Positions 43,901 through 53,800 of a stretch of DNA of 64,000 nucleotides are shown here, one piece after another (the stretch's first letter is position 1; each line of letters starts with the position of its first letter). The notes under the pieces were generated by a model. That model was not told where the DNA came from, searched no databases, and saw only the letters and a program-made list of their open reading frames with translations. The position numbers and the translations under genes were made by a program. This stretch comes from Diplonema japonicum (lineage: Eukaryota; Protista; Euglenozoa: Diplonemea): positions 62,001-126,000 of the forward strand of contig OZ025679.1 of assembly GCA_964019335.1 (NCBI GenBank), given 5' to 3'.

Positions 43901-45770
43901 AACGAAGGTCCCTGACACCGAGGCACCTGAAACATCAGTGCCTGATACTAAACCCCCTGAGACGAGGGAGCCCACTGCAGAGCCAACCGGAAGCCCCTTG
44001 ACGGCACAGCCAACGACCACAGAGCAGACGACTGCTCCTCGAACGGAGGCGCCAGACACCCTTGCACCTGATACAAAAGCTCCTGACACCCTTGCACCCG
44101 ATACAAAAGCTCCTGACACCCTTGCACCTGATACAAAAGCTCCTGACACAGCTGAGCCGACGAGGACCCCTTCACAGGCACCCACGACGGCAGTTCCGAC
44201 AGCGCTCCCAACCGGGGTGCCGGGGGGGGCGAGGGAGAGGATCAGTGTGCAGGTTATCCTGGATGTGGTGTTCTCTGTTCTGGACGCAGCACGGCGGGGG
44301 GAGCTGGAAGAGTTCCTGTTGGGACACCTGCTGCGGTGGGTGGCGACACTGCAGAAGGTGAGGATCCTGTACGCCTGCGAGGCAGACCAGGCTGGAGAGC
44401 GTGTCGTGGCAACCTGTGTGGACTGGGATGGGGTGTGGAGCGGGAACGGGAGGACCGCGGCGATCACAGAAGGGGGCCTGACCTACGTGCACGTTCTTGG
44501 GGAAGTGGACGCTGTGGACCTCGAGGAGAGGAGGGAGGAGATGAAGGCGGCGACAGTTGTGAACACGGGTGTGGGTGGCGGCTACATCATTGTGGAACCA
44601 CGACAGCCTGTGGAGGTGACGCTGTGCGCGGAGGTGGTGTGCGACATCGAAGGACCGTGCAGGGGGAAGGGGGTGTGCGATGAGGGGACTGGGACGTGCT
44701 CCAGTGTCGTCTTGTCGAACGGGACCCTCTGCGACGACGGGAGCAGCTCCACAATGGAAGACAGGTGCAGCGGAGGGGTGTGCGTGGGGAGGCTGCTCGG
44801 ATGCGGGGCCTCGTGGTGCGAGGCATCTCGACCCGAGTGCCACGTCCCTGTGTGTGTGGATGGGGTGTGCGGGGAAGAGTCAAAGCCGGACGGCTCGGCA
44901 TGCAACGATGGGAACACGCTGACGACAAGCGACGTGTGCACAAAGGGAACATGCAGCGGGGTCTTCCGATGCGAGCTGACAACGTGTCCGAGCCAGCCCT
45001 GCAGGGTGAGCAGGTGCAACCCCTTCACAAGCCTCTGCAGCTACAGCTTCTCGCAAGACGGGACCCCTTGCGACGACGGGGACAGCGGAACGGTGGGCGA
45101 CCTGTGCAGGGACTCCGTGTGCGTGAGCGGGAACAGAAACGAGACGACTGGGACTAGGGCGGGCTCCTCGGGTTCAGACAACACGGTGCTGATGGTTGCC
45201 GTCGCAGTGAGTTGTGCTGTTCTGTGCTGCTGCCTCGTTGCAGGGGTGCTCCTGAGGAAGCGCAGGAATGATAAAAAGAAGATGCCGAAAGAGGTCAGCA
45301 AGCCCGAAGCGGCAAAGGACAGCAGCGATGTCGAGATGCCTGTGCAAGGGGAAAGGTGGGAAAGGCGCAAGCCGTCCTTACACGGGATGCCCTTTGCAGA
45401 CACCTTCAAAGAACGCAAATCTTCTGTGCACGGGATGCCCTTTGCAGACACCTTCAAGGGGCGCAGGTCCTCCGAGCACGGCATGCCATTCGCGGACACC
45501 GTGAAATGGGGAACCGAGGATAGAAGACCGTCCTTGCACGGAATGCCTTTTGCGGACACTGTTAAGGGCCTGCAGGACTTGGAGGGGCGTAGGTCCTCTG
45601 TGCACGGAAAGCCTTTTGCTGACACAGTCAATGTGGCTTCATTGGGTGACATATGTGACATGGAGCTTGCCAGTGACAGCGACACATGCCACACGTATAC
45701 AGAGAAGCTTGAGACCAGTAGTTACACTGACACGGAGCCGTCAGGGGATATGATGGAGGCGACAGTTTGA
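40914..45770 (+). CDS. Type-I surface protein, copy 1: signal peptide, Cys-rich and PAN/apple-like domains, TxAP mucin stalk, CDDG..T..D.C repeats, TM, repetitive cytoplasmic tail
   Basis: 1.6k-aa ORF. C...C......C...W/F PAN patterns; TM VLMVAVAVSCAVLCCCLVAGVLL followed by RKRR. Confidence 0.9.
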   Translation: MQHGLGRRYRSAAVTVVLVSLCVGCSGDCSKWEDPKNSGPYPLWHYCKRRAGSGETLYPYMEASLRPAEVAPYDCRAEGRVLRHDAAGIICADYTLGDEYGGPCTTAQCCAEGLCSSYVCKGGGQLKAKAGEISCAYFPCNDHLCCEGPSGSPKEEARGLVFVDRDPGRFSFGGKGTLLRAADEADITHYRIYWGFAKTVRKVPSCGLKNPISWEQHKWTDEKRLFLELPVTGCDIDFEVPMGTVPWERCPIATDRKDKTTSANDPCNPHYLVAVSVNGKGERSFDGQAQQIGPRHPISDYEGEFGLPCAEGGVTYGHDLPGPDDVILGSWNGVESAARCAELCRGYSSKSKGPCRYWVWGYPTGGHTAKSCWMETQLLQKAHYGVRVAGPAVCPTRDGERPTGRERPRCDRWVRIPNTAAWKNPDTTAGRNAFFDKGGAFMQKPNLPDVPLGPYDNAEECQAMCDMDPLCVGFTWMKRDPTDTYFHKCFLIRVDDGTRASTDFYDLWLCSREGMAPLLSGYELLSHPFGYKTCGEGPPSSSEAASDHDCCAQKCNDNKPSCAAFTFRHTDKICELHSACSDASLRSHDKVEGCAYESCFQGYGLATYRRLVPTMQIVDRWPVVGGQGGVPAFVQTTHIPEGTDVHCVINEKGKSIPSSAANMLAVRHFTGKVSASDGVASMVLTHVTDTESVKAAESYVMRCAADDMAGFGLPAYVEHSFESEVPFGFVEIRARNGDTGYCRGPNNCLNGYVADTKKKPYSLEACRKISYGDSKSIAFLYRAHDGHCGIVTPKKGCTYMTTVQADDKVRCYNKQWDTVHSIGKGECTAECPGTCSWKRQFGAYERNIFSPTRAAPCSQIEVPTTSPKTSAPETPAPDTTAPETKPPATRAPETVAPDTRSPDTRSPETPAPDTKPPETTAPETAAPRTSEPTAEPTRSPETTAPETAAPLTPAPRTSEPTAEPTGSPLTAQPTTEPTTEQTTAPRTEAPDTEAPETKVPDTEAPETSVPDTKPPETREPTAEPTGSPLTAQPTTTEQTTAPRTEAPDTLAPDTKAPDTLAPDTKAPDTLAPDTKAPDTAEPTRTPSQAPTTAVPTALPTGVPGGARERISVQVILDVVFSVLDAARRGELEEFLLGHLLRWVATLQKVRILYACEADQAGERVVATCVDWDGVWSGNGRTAAITEGGLTYVHVLGEVDAVDLEERREEMKAATVVNTGVGGGYIIVEPRQPVEVTLCAEVVCDIEGPCRGKGVCDEGTGTCSSVVLSNGTLCDDGSSSTMEDRCSGGVCVGRLLGCGASWCEASRPECHVPVCVDGVCGEESKPDGSACNDGNTLTTSDVCTKGTCSGVFRCELTTCPSQPCRVSRCNPFTSLCSYSFSQDGTPCDDGDSGTVGDLCRDSVCVSGNRNETTGTRAGSSGSDNTVLMVAVAVSCAVLCCCLVAGVLLRKRRNDKKKMPKEVSKPEAAKDSSDVEMPVQGERWERRKPSLHGMPFADTFKERKSSVHGMPFADTFKGRRSSEHGMPFADTVKWGTEDRRPSLHGMPFADTVKGLQDLEGRRSSVHGKPFADTVNVASLGDICDMELASDSDTCHTYTEKLETSSYTDTEPSGDMMEATV

Positions 45771-47055
45771 ACACCGTTTTTCAACACCTTTCAAATTATA
45801 TTATCGAACGTGTTAATCAACCAAGAAGAAGAAGAAGGAAAAGAGAGAGAGAGAAAAGAGAAAAAAAGAGGGGGAAAAAAACTTGCGATTTCTTTGTAAT
45901 AAGATTTTTCAAACAAACCGTTTTCCATACACCACATCACCCCGCGTCTCTGAAGCTTGCACAGGAACATACATCAGTGTTCTGGTATTGTAGAGGCAAA
46001 GGGTTTTGAATTTAAAAAAAAAAAAAGGGGAAAAAAAAAAAATAATAATAATGCGAGCAAATGCAAAATGCAAAAATCAACCGAGGGGAAGGAATAATAA
46101 AGAAAAAAAAAAGAAGAAAAAAAAAAAGAAAAAAAAAGAAAACCAGATTGTATCTGGTTCTCCTTTTTTTTCTTTTCTTTTTTTTCCTTATTGTTTTATG
46201 CTCCTCCCCTCTTTTTTTTTCTCCCCCCCCCCCGTTTGGCGATCGATCCTCTAGTCCTCCCCGCCTTATAAAGGCTTCTTATCGAGGCCTTCTTCCTCCT
46301 TCTCCCTCCTTCTGTATCTCTTCTTTGGTGGGTTGGTGTTTACACTTTTCTGTCATCGGAGGCACCCACTTGGTGAGCGTGTGAAGAAAAAAAAGAAAAT
46401 GCGAATCATTAAATGTCTAGTTCCCCCTCTCCCCCCCCCCCCCCCCCCCTTCCGTTTCGATTTATTTTTGCGCATATCTCTAAAGTCTGGTGAGCTCACA
46501 TTGCTCCAGTCTTCAATCCTTGAAAATAACTTGTAAGCGGGGAAGTTTTTACTGGCATGGAAAGCTCCACACACAACGTGGCTAGCATTCAAGACTATCA
46601 GATTTTTACTCTTTCGTTACCAGCACTTTCGAGGATTGAAATATGGACGTTGCTGGGTTCCGGAGATATGCATTTTGTTGACTTTTTTTTTTTTTTTTTG
46701 TTTTCCGTTCTTTACCTGCAATAAAGGATTGGAAGATACACACGCCCAGCGAAACATTAAGGCGGCACGCCTAGTGCAAGCCACTTCGTTTCCACATCAG
46801 CAGAGACCTTTCTCCCAGGACTAGATGTTGTCACAGTTATAAAGAAGTGGAGGAAAAAAAAAAAAAAAAGAAAAAGAAGAAAAAAAAAAAAGATAAATTC
46901 TCCAAAAGAATAAAATGGAATTTTGTTTGTGCACAGGTTACATTTTTTTCCCCCCTCTCCTCCCCTCCTTTTTATTATTATCGTTATTTTAACAACAATG
47001 CCCTAATAAAAAAGGTAAAAAATGTTTGTGTTAACAATCCAATCGCCAAGCAACA

Positions 47056-47092
<37 letters not shown>

Positions 47093-47420
47093 TTACAAAT
47101 ATTTATCTTTCAAAGAAAAAAAAAAGATTTTATAACTATATGTAACTTGTGCCGAGCAAAAAAAAACCTTTTTTTTGCTCGTGCGAATAATTCTTTTTTT
47201 TTTTTTTTTTTTTTTTTTGTAAAGCTTGTCGAGCAACCAAAGCTATTTGAATAGTGCCCACATAACACGAAAAGTAACCCTTTCCTCCCCAACCATTTTC
47301 TCCCAGCGGATAATTTCACTCAGCAGCAGGTTAACACGTTATTCATGAAACACTAATGCCCTCCTGCCCCGCGTCTTATATTTCCTCTCCTTTCCCTTAT
47401 AAGAGGTCATTGCGCTTAAT

Positions 47421-47488
47421 GGAGCCTCAGGAACCTCAGGAGCCTAGCCTCAGGAGCCTAGCCTCAGGGGCCTCAGGAGCCTCAGGAG
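47421..47488. repeat. Short tandem repeat of GGAGCCTCA-like 9-mers
   Basis: About 7 degenerate units visible. Confidence 0.7.
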
Positions 47489-47800
47489 GACAATTTGCGA
47501 ACCGATACCGCAACACTGAAGTAGCTGTTTAAACATATCTACAGCTAGTTGTTTCAGTTACCCCCAACCCGAACTGCTCTTTTTTTCTTTTTGTCATTTT
47601 TATTGCTTTTTTTTTTCCCCCCCCTTTCTTTTGCTGATTGTTTCCCTCTTCTCCTTTCTTTTATGGCTTCGTTCGTAATGCTTCGTTGTGCATCCTTTTC
47701 TTTTCTCCTCCTTAGCACTGCTCTGCGCCGTTCGTTCTTTTATTATTCTGATTTTCCTATTGCCTGTTACATTTAGCACCCACACCACAGGCGGCATGCG

Positions 47801-50800
47801 ATGGGGGAAGCTGCACAAGATGTGAGGTGGAGCACAGCGGTGGCAGTCTTTTTGACGCTGTGCGTTGGGTGCTCGGGGGACTGCAGCAAGTGGGAGGACC
47901 CTAAGAACAGCGGGCCGTACCCACTCTGGCACTACTGCAAGCGGCGAGCGGGATCCGGGGAGACGCTGTACCCTTACATGGAGGCTTCGCTGCGACCCGC
48001 GGAGGTGGCGCCGTACGACTGCAGGGCGGAGGGGAGGGTGCTTCGGCACGACGCGGCGGGGATCATCTGTGCGGACTACACGCTCGGGGACGAGTACGGG
48101 GGCCCTTGCACGACGGCGCAGTGCTGCGCGGAGGGGCTGTGCTCGAGCTATGTTTGCAAGGGAGGGGGTCAGCTGAAGGCGAAGGCGGGGGAGATCTCGT
48201 GCGCGTACTTTCCCTGCAACGACCACTTGTGCTGCGAGGGGCCATCCGGGTCGCCGAAGGAGGAGGCGAGGGGGCTCGTGTTCGTGGATCGGGACCCCGG
48301 GCGGTTCTCCTTCGGGGGCAAGGGGACCCTCCTGCGGGCAGCGGACGAGGCGGACATCACGCACTACCGGATCTACTGGGGGTTCGCGAAGACTGTTCGG
48401 AAGGTTCCGTCTTGCGGGTTGAAGAACCCAATTTCGTGGGAGCAGCACAAGTGGACGGACGAGAAGCGGCTGTTCCTGGAGCTCCCGGTGACTGGGTGCG
48501 ACATCGACTTCGAGGTGCCGATGGGGACGGTGCCGTGGGAGCGGTGCCCTATCGCAACGGATCGGAAGGACAAGACGACGTCGGCGAACGACCCGTGCAA
48601 CCCGCACTACCTGGTGGCGGTGTCGGTGAATGGGAAGGGGGAGCGATCCTTCGACGGGCAGGCGCAGCAGATCGGGCCACGGCACCCGATCTCCGACTAC
48701 GAGGGGGAGTTCGGGCTTCCGTGTGCGGAGGGAGGGGTGACCTACGGGCACGACCTCCCGGGACCGGACGACGTGATCTTGGGGAGCTGGAACGGGGTGG
48801 AGTCGGCGGCGCGGTGTGCGGAGCTGTGTCGAGGCTACTCGTCGAAGTCGAAGGGTCCTTGTCGGTACTGGGTGTGGGGGTACCCGACAGGGGGCCACAC
48901 GGCGAAGTCGTGCTGGATGGAGACGCAGCTCCTTCAGAAGGCGCACTACGGGGTGCGGGTGGCGGGACCGGCGGTGTGCCCGACGCGGGACGGGGAACGA
49001 CCGACGGGGAGGGAGCGACCGCGGTGCGACCGCTGGGTCCGGATCCCGAACACCGCCGCTTGGAAGAACCCGGACACGACAGCGGGGCGGAACGCCTTCT
49101 TCGACAAGGGCGGGGCCTTCATGCAGAAGCCGAACCTCCCGGACGTCCCACTCGGACCCTACGACAACGCGGAGGAGTGCCAGGCCATGTGCGACATGGA
49201 CCCGCTGTGCGTCGGCTTCACCTGGATGAAGCGCGACCCGACCGACACCTACTTCCACAAGTGTTTCTTGATCCGGGTGGACGACGGGACGCGAGCCTCC
49301 ACCGACTTCTACGACCTGTGGCTCTGCTCCAGGGAGGGGATGGCCCCGCTCCTCTCCGGATACGAGCTCCTCTCCCACCCCTTCGGCTACAAGACCTGCG
49401 GGGAGGGACCCCCCTCATCGTCCGAGGCAGCCTCCGACCACGACTGCTGCGCTCAAAAGTGCAACGACAACAAACCCTCCTGCGCCGCCTTCACCTTTCG
49501 ACACACCGACAAGATCTGCGAGCTCCACTCCGCCTGCAGCGACGCCTCCCTCCGCTCCCACGACAAGGTCGAGGGCTGTGCCTACGAGTCTTGCTTCCAA
49601 GGCTACGGGCTCGCGACCTACAGGCGGCTCGTCCCCACCATGCAGATCGTCGACAGGTGGCCTGTGGTCGGGGGGCAAGGGGGGGTCCCCGCCTTTGTCC
49701 AGACCACCCACATCCCTGAAGGGACCGACGTTCACTGTGTCATCAACAAAAGGGGAAGGAACATCCCCTCTTCTGCGGCAAATATGCTCGCCGTCCGACA
49801 CTTCACAGGGAAGGTCTCCGCCTCCGACGGGGTCGCCAGCATGGTCCTCACACACGTCACAGAGACCTGGTCCGTGAAGGCTGCGGAGAGCTACGTCATG
49901 CGCTGCGCCGCCGATGACATGGCTGGTTTCGGTCTCCCCGCCTACGTCGAGCACAACTTTGAGTCAGAGGTGCCATTCGGCTTCGTGGAGATCAGGGCCC
50001 GGAACGGGAACACTGGGTACTGCAGGGGTCCGAACAACTGTTTGAATGGATACATTGCCGACACAAAGAAGAAGCCTTACTCCCTCGAGGCCTGCAGGAA
50101 GATTAGTTACGGTGATTCCAAGTCTATTGCTTTCCTTTACAGAGCTCATGACGGGCACTGTGGGATCGTCACACCGAAGAAGGGGTGTACGTACATGACT
50201 CATGTTCAAGCTGACGATAAAGTGAGGTGCTACAACAAGAAGTGGGACACGGTGCACTCGATTGGGAAAGGGGAATGCACTGCAGAATGTCCTGGGACCT
50301 GCAGCTGGAAGAGGCGGCTGGGAGCTTACGAACGCAACCTGTTCCTCCCCGCACCAGCAGCAACTTGTTCACTGACAACTGCTGAACCGACTTCTGCACC
50401 TCAGACACCAGCACCTCGCACCCCTGCTCCAAAAACACCGGCTCCTGACACGCCGGCCCCGAAAACTTCTGCACCTGCGACACCTGCTCCCAAAACTTCG
50501 GCACCAAATACAGAAGCACCTGAGACCCCTGCTCCAAAAACACCAGCACCTGACACTGCAGCACCTGATACTGGAGCACCTGACACAAGAGCACCTGAAA
50601 CCACTGCCCCTAAGTCCCCAGCACCTGACACAAGAGCACCTGAAACCCCTGCTCCAAGAACACCGGCACCTGATACTCTAGCACCTGCCACGTCGGCACC
50701 TGACACAAGGGCACCTGAAACCACTGCTCCAAAAACACCGGCTCCTGACACGCCGGCACCGAAAACTTCTGCACCTGCGACACCTGCTCCCAAAACCTCG

Positions 50801-53800
50801 GCACCAAATACAGAAGCACCTGAGACCCCTGCTCCAAAAACACCAGCACCTGACACTGCAGTACCTGATACTGGAGCACCTGACACAAGAGCACCTGAAA
50901 CCACTGCCCCTAAGTCCCCAGCACCTGACACACGAGCACCTGAAACCCCTGCTCCAAAAACACCAGCGCCTGACACGCCGGCACCGAAAACTTCTGCACC
51001 TGCGACACCTGCACCCAAAACTTCGGCACCAAATACAGAAGCACCTGAGACCCCTGCTCCAAAAACACCAGCACCTGACACTGCAGCACCTGATACTGGA
51101 GCACCTGAAACCCCTGCTCCAAGAACACCGGCACCTGATACTTCAGCACCTGCCACGTCGGCACCTGACACAAGAGCACCTGAAACCACTGCTCCAAAAA
51201 CACCGGCTCCTGACACGCCGGCCCCGAAAACTTCTGCACCTGCGACACCTGCTCCCAAAACCTCGGCACCAAATACAGAAGCACCTGAGACCCCTGCTCC
51301 AAAAACACCAGCACCTGACACTGCAGTACCTGATACTGGAGCACCTGACACAAGAGCACCTGAAACCACTGCCCCTAAGTCCCCAGCACCTGACACACGA
51401 GCACCTGAAACCCCTGCTCCAAAAACACCAGCGCCTGACACGCCGGCACCGAAAACTTCTGCACCTGCGACACCTGCACCCAAAACTTCGGCACCAAATA
51501 CAGAAGCACCTGAAACCCCTGCTCCAAAAACACCGGCTCCTGACACGCCGGCACCGAAAACTTCTGCACCTGCGACACCTGCACCCAAAACTTCGGCACC
51601 AAATACAGAAGCACCTGAGACCCCTGCTCCAAAAACACCAGCACCTGACACTGCAGCACCTGACACAAGAGCACCTGAAACTCTTGCTCCTAGAACCCCA
51701 GCACCTGATACCACAGCACCTGACACGTTGGCACCTGGCACACGAGCACCTGAAACCCCTGCTCCAATAACACCAGCACCTGACACACGAGCACCTGGAA
51801 CCCCTGCTCCTAAAACCCCAGCGCCTGACACTGCAGCACCTGACACAAGAGCACCTGAAACCCCTGCTCCAAAAACCCCAGCACCTGATATCACAGCACC
51901 AGACACACGAGCACCCGATACTACGGCACCTGACACAAGAGCACCTGAAACCCCTGCTCCAAAAACACCGGCTCCTAACACTGCAGCACCTGATACTGCA
52001 GCACCTGACACAAGAGCACCTGAAACCCCTGCTCCAAAAACCCCAGCACCTGACTCTGCAGCACCTGATACCACAGCACCTGACACACAAGCACCTGAAA
52101 CTCCTGCTCCAAAAACCCCAGCACCTGACACTGCAGCACCTGATACCACAGCACCAGACACACAAGCACCCGATACTACGGCACCTGACACAAGAGAACC
52201 TGAAACCCCTGCTCCAAAAACACCGGCGCCTTACACTCCAGCACCTGATACTGCTGCACCTGGCACAAGAGCACCTGAAACCCCTGCTCCAAAAACCCCA
52301 GCACCTGATACTGCAGCACCTGACACACGAGCATCTGATACTACGGCACCTGACACAAGAGCACCTGAAACTCCTGCTCCAAAAACACCGGCGCCTTACA
52401 CTCCAGCACCTGATACTGCGGCACCTGACACAAGAGCACCTGAAACCCCTGCTCCAAAAACCCCAGCACCTGATTCTACGGCACCAGATACTCCAGCACC
52501 TGACACTGCAGCACCTGATACACGAGCACCTGAAACCCTTGCTCCAAAAACACCATTACCTAGCACACCGGCACCTGACACACGAGCACCTGAGACCCCT
52601 GCTCCAAAAACCCCAGCACCTGATACCACGACACCTGACACACGAGCACCTGAAACCCTTGCTCCAAAAACACCAGCACCTGACACTCCAGCACCTGATA
52701 CTCAAGCGCCTGACACACCAACACCCAACACACCGGACACTGCAGCGCCTGACACACAAGCACCTGAAACCACAGCACCTGACACGACAGCACCTGAAAC
52801 CCTTGCTCCAAGAACTCCTGCTCCCCGAACACCGGCGCCCAGCACAACGGCACCTGATACTCCAACACCTGACACGTCGGCACCTGAAACTCCAGCTCCA
52901 AAAACACCGGCACCTAGCACATCGGCACCCGACACTCCATCGCCTGACACACCAGCACCTGAAACTCTTGCTCCAAAAACGCCAGTGCCTGACACTCCAG
53001 CACCTGACACACAAGCACCTGAAACCTTTGCTCCAAAAACACGAGCGCCTGACACTCCATCGCCTGATACAACAGCACCTGACACATTAGCACCTGAAAC
53101 CCCTGCTCCAAAAACACCATCGCCCAGCACACGGGCACCTAACACTGCAGCACCTGACACTCAAGTACCTGAAACCACTCCGGCACCGAAAACCTCTGCT
53201 CCCGAGACATCTGCTCCCAGAACCCTGGCACCTAAAACCCAAGCCCCTGAAACCACCGCACCAAAAACAGAAGCACCGGAAACTCCAGCACCCCATCCCA
53301 GCACCTCTGCTCCAAAAACACCGACTCCTCGAACTCCAGCACCTGACACGCTGGCACCAGGGACACCTGCTCCCAAAACACAAGCTCCTCGGACGCAGGC
53401 ACCTTTGACGCTCTCACCAACATCAGTTCCAAGTACTCCTGAACCAGCTACTAGTTCGCCAGACACGAAACCACCTGAAACTAGGGCACCTGATACAAAG
53501 TCTCCTGACACGCGGACTCCGGATACGCTGGCACCAAAAACGTCAGCTCCAGACACACAAGCTCCGAGGAGCCCCGCACCAAAGACTCCTTCACCGAGTA
53601 CACGTGCTCCGAAAACATCAGCTCCAGATACTCCTGCACCCCATACAATGGCTCCAGACACTGAAGCGCCGGAAACTTTGGTTCCTGACACCGAGGCACC
53701 TGTAACGGCAACCCCGAACACACCTGCCACTGATCCACCTGATACGGCAGTTCCTCCAGCACATACAAGTCCCCCTGAAACATCAGTGCCCGATACTAAA

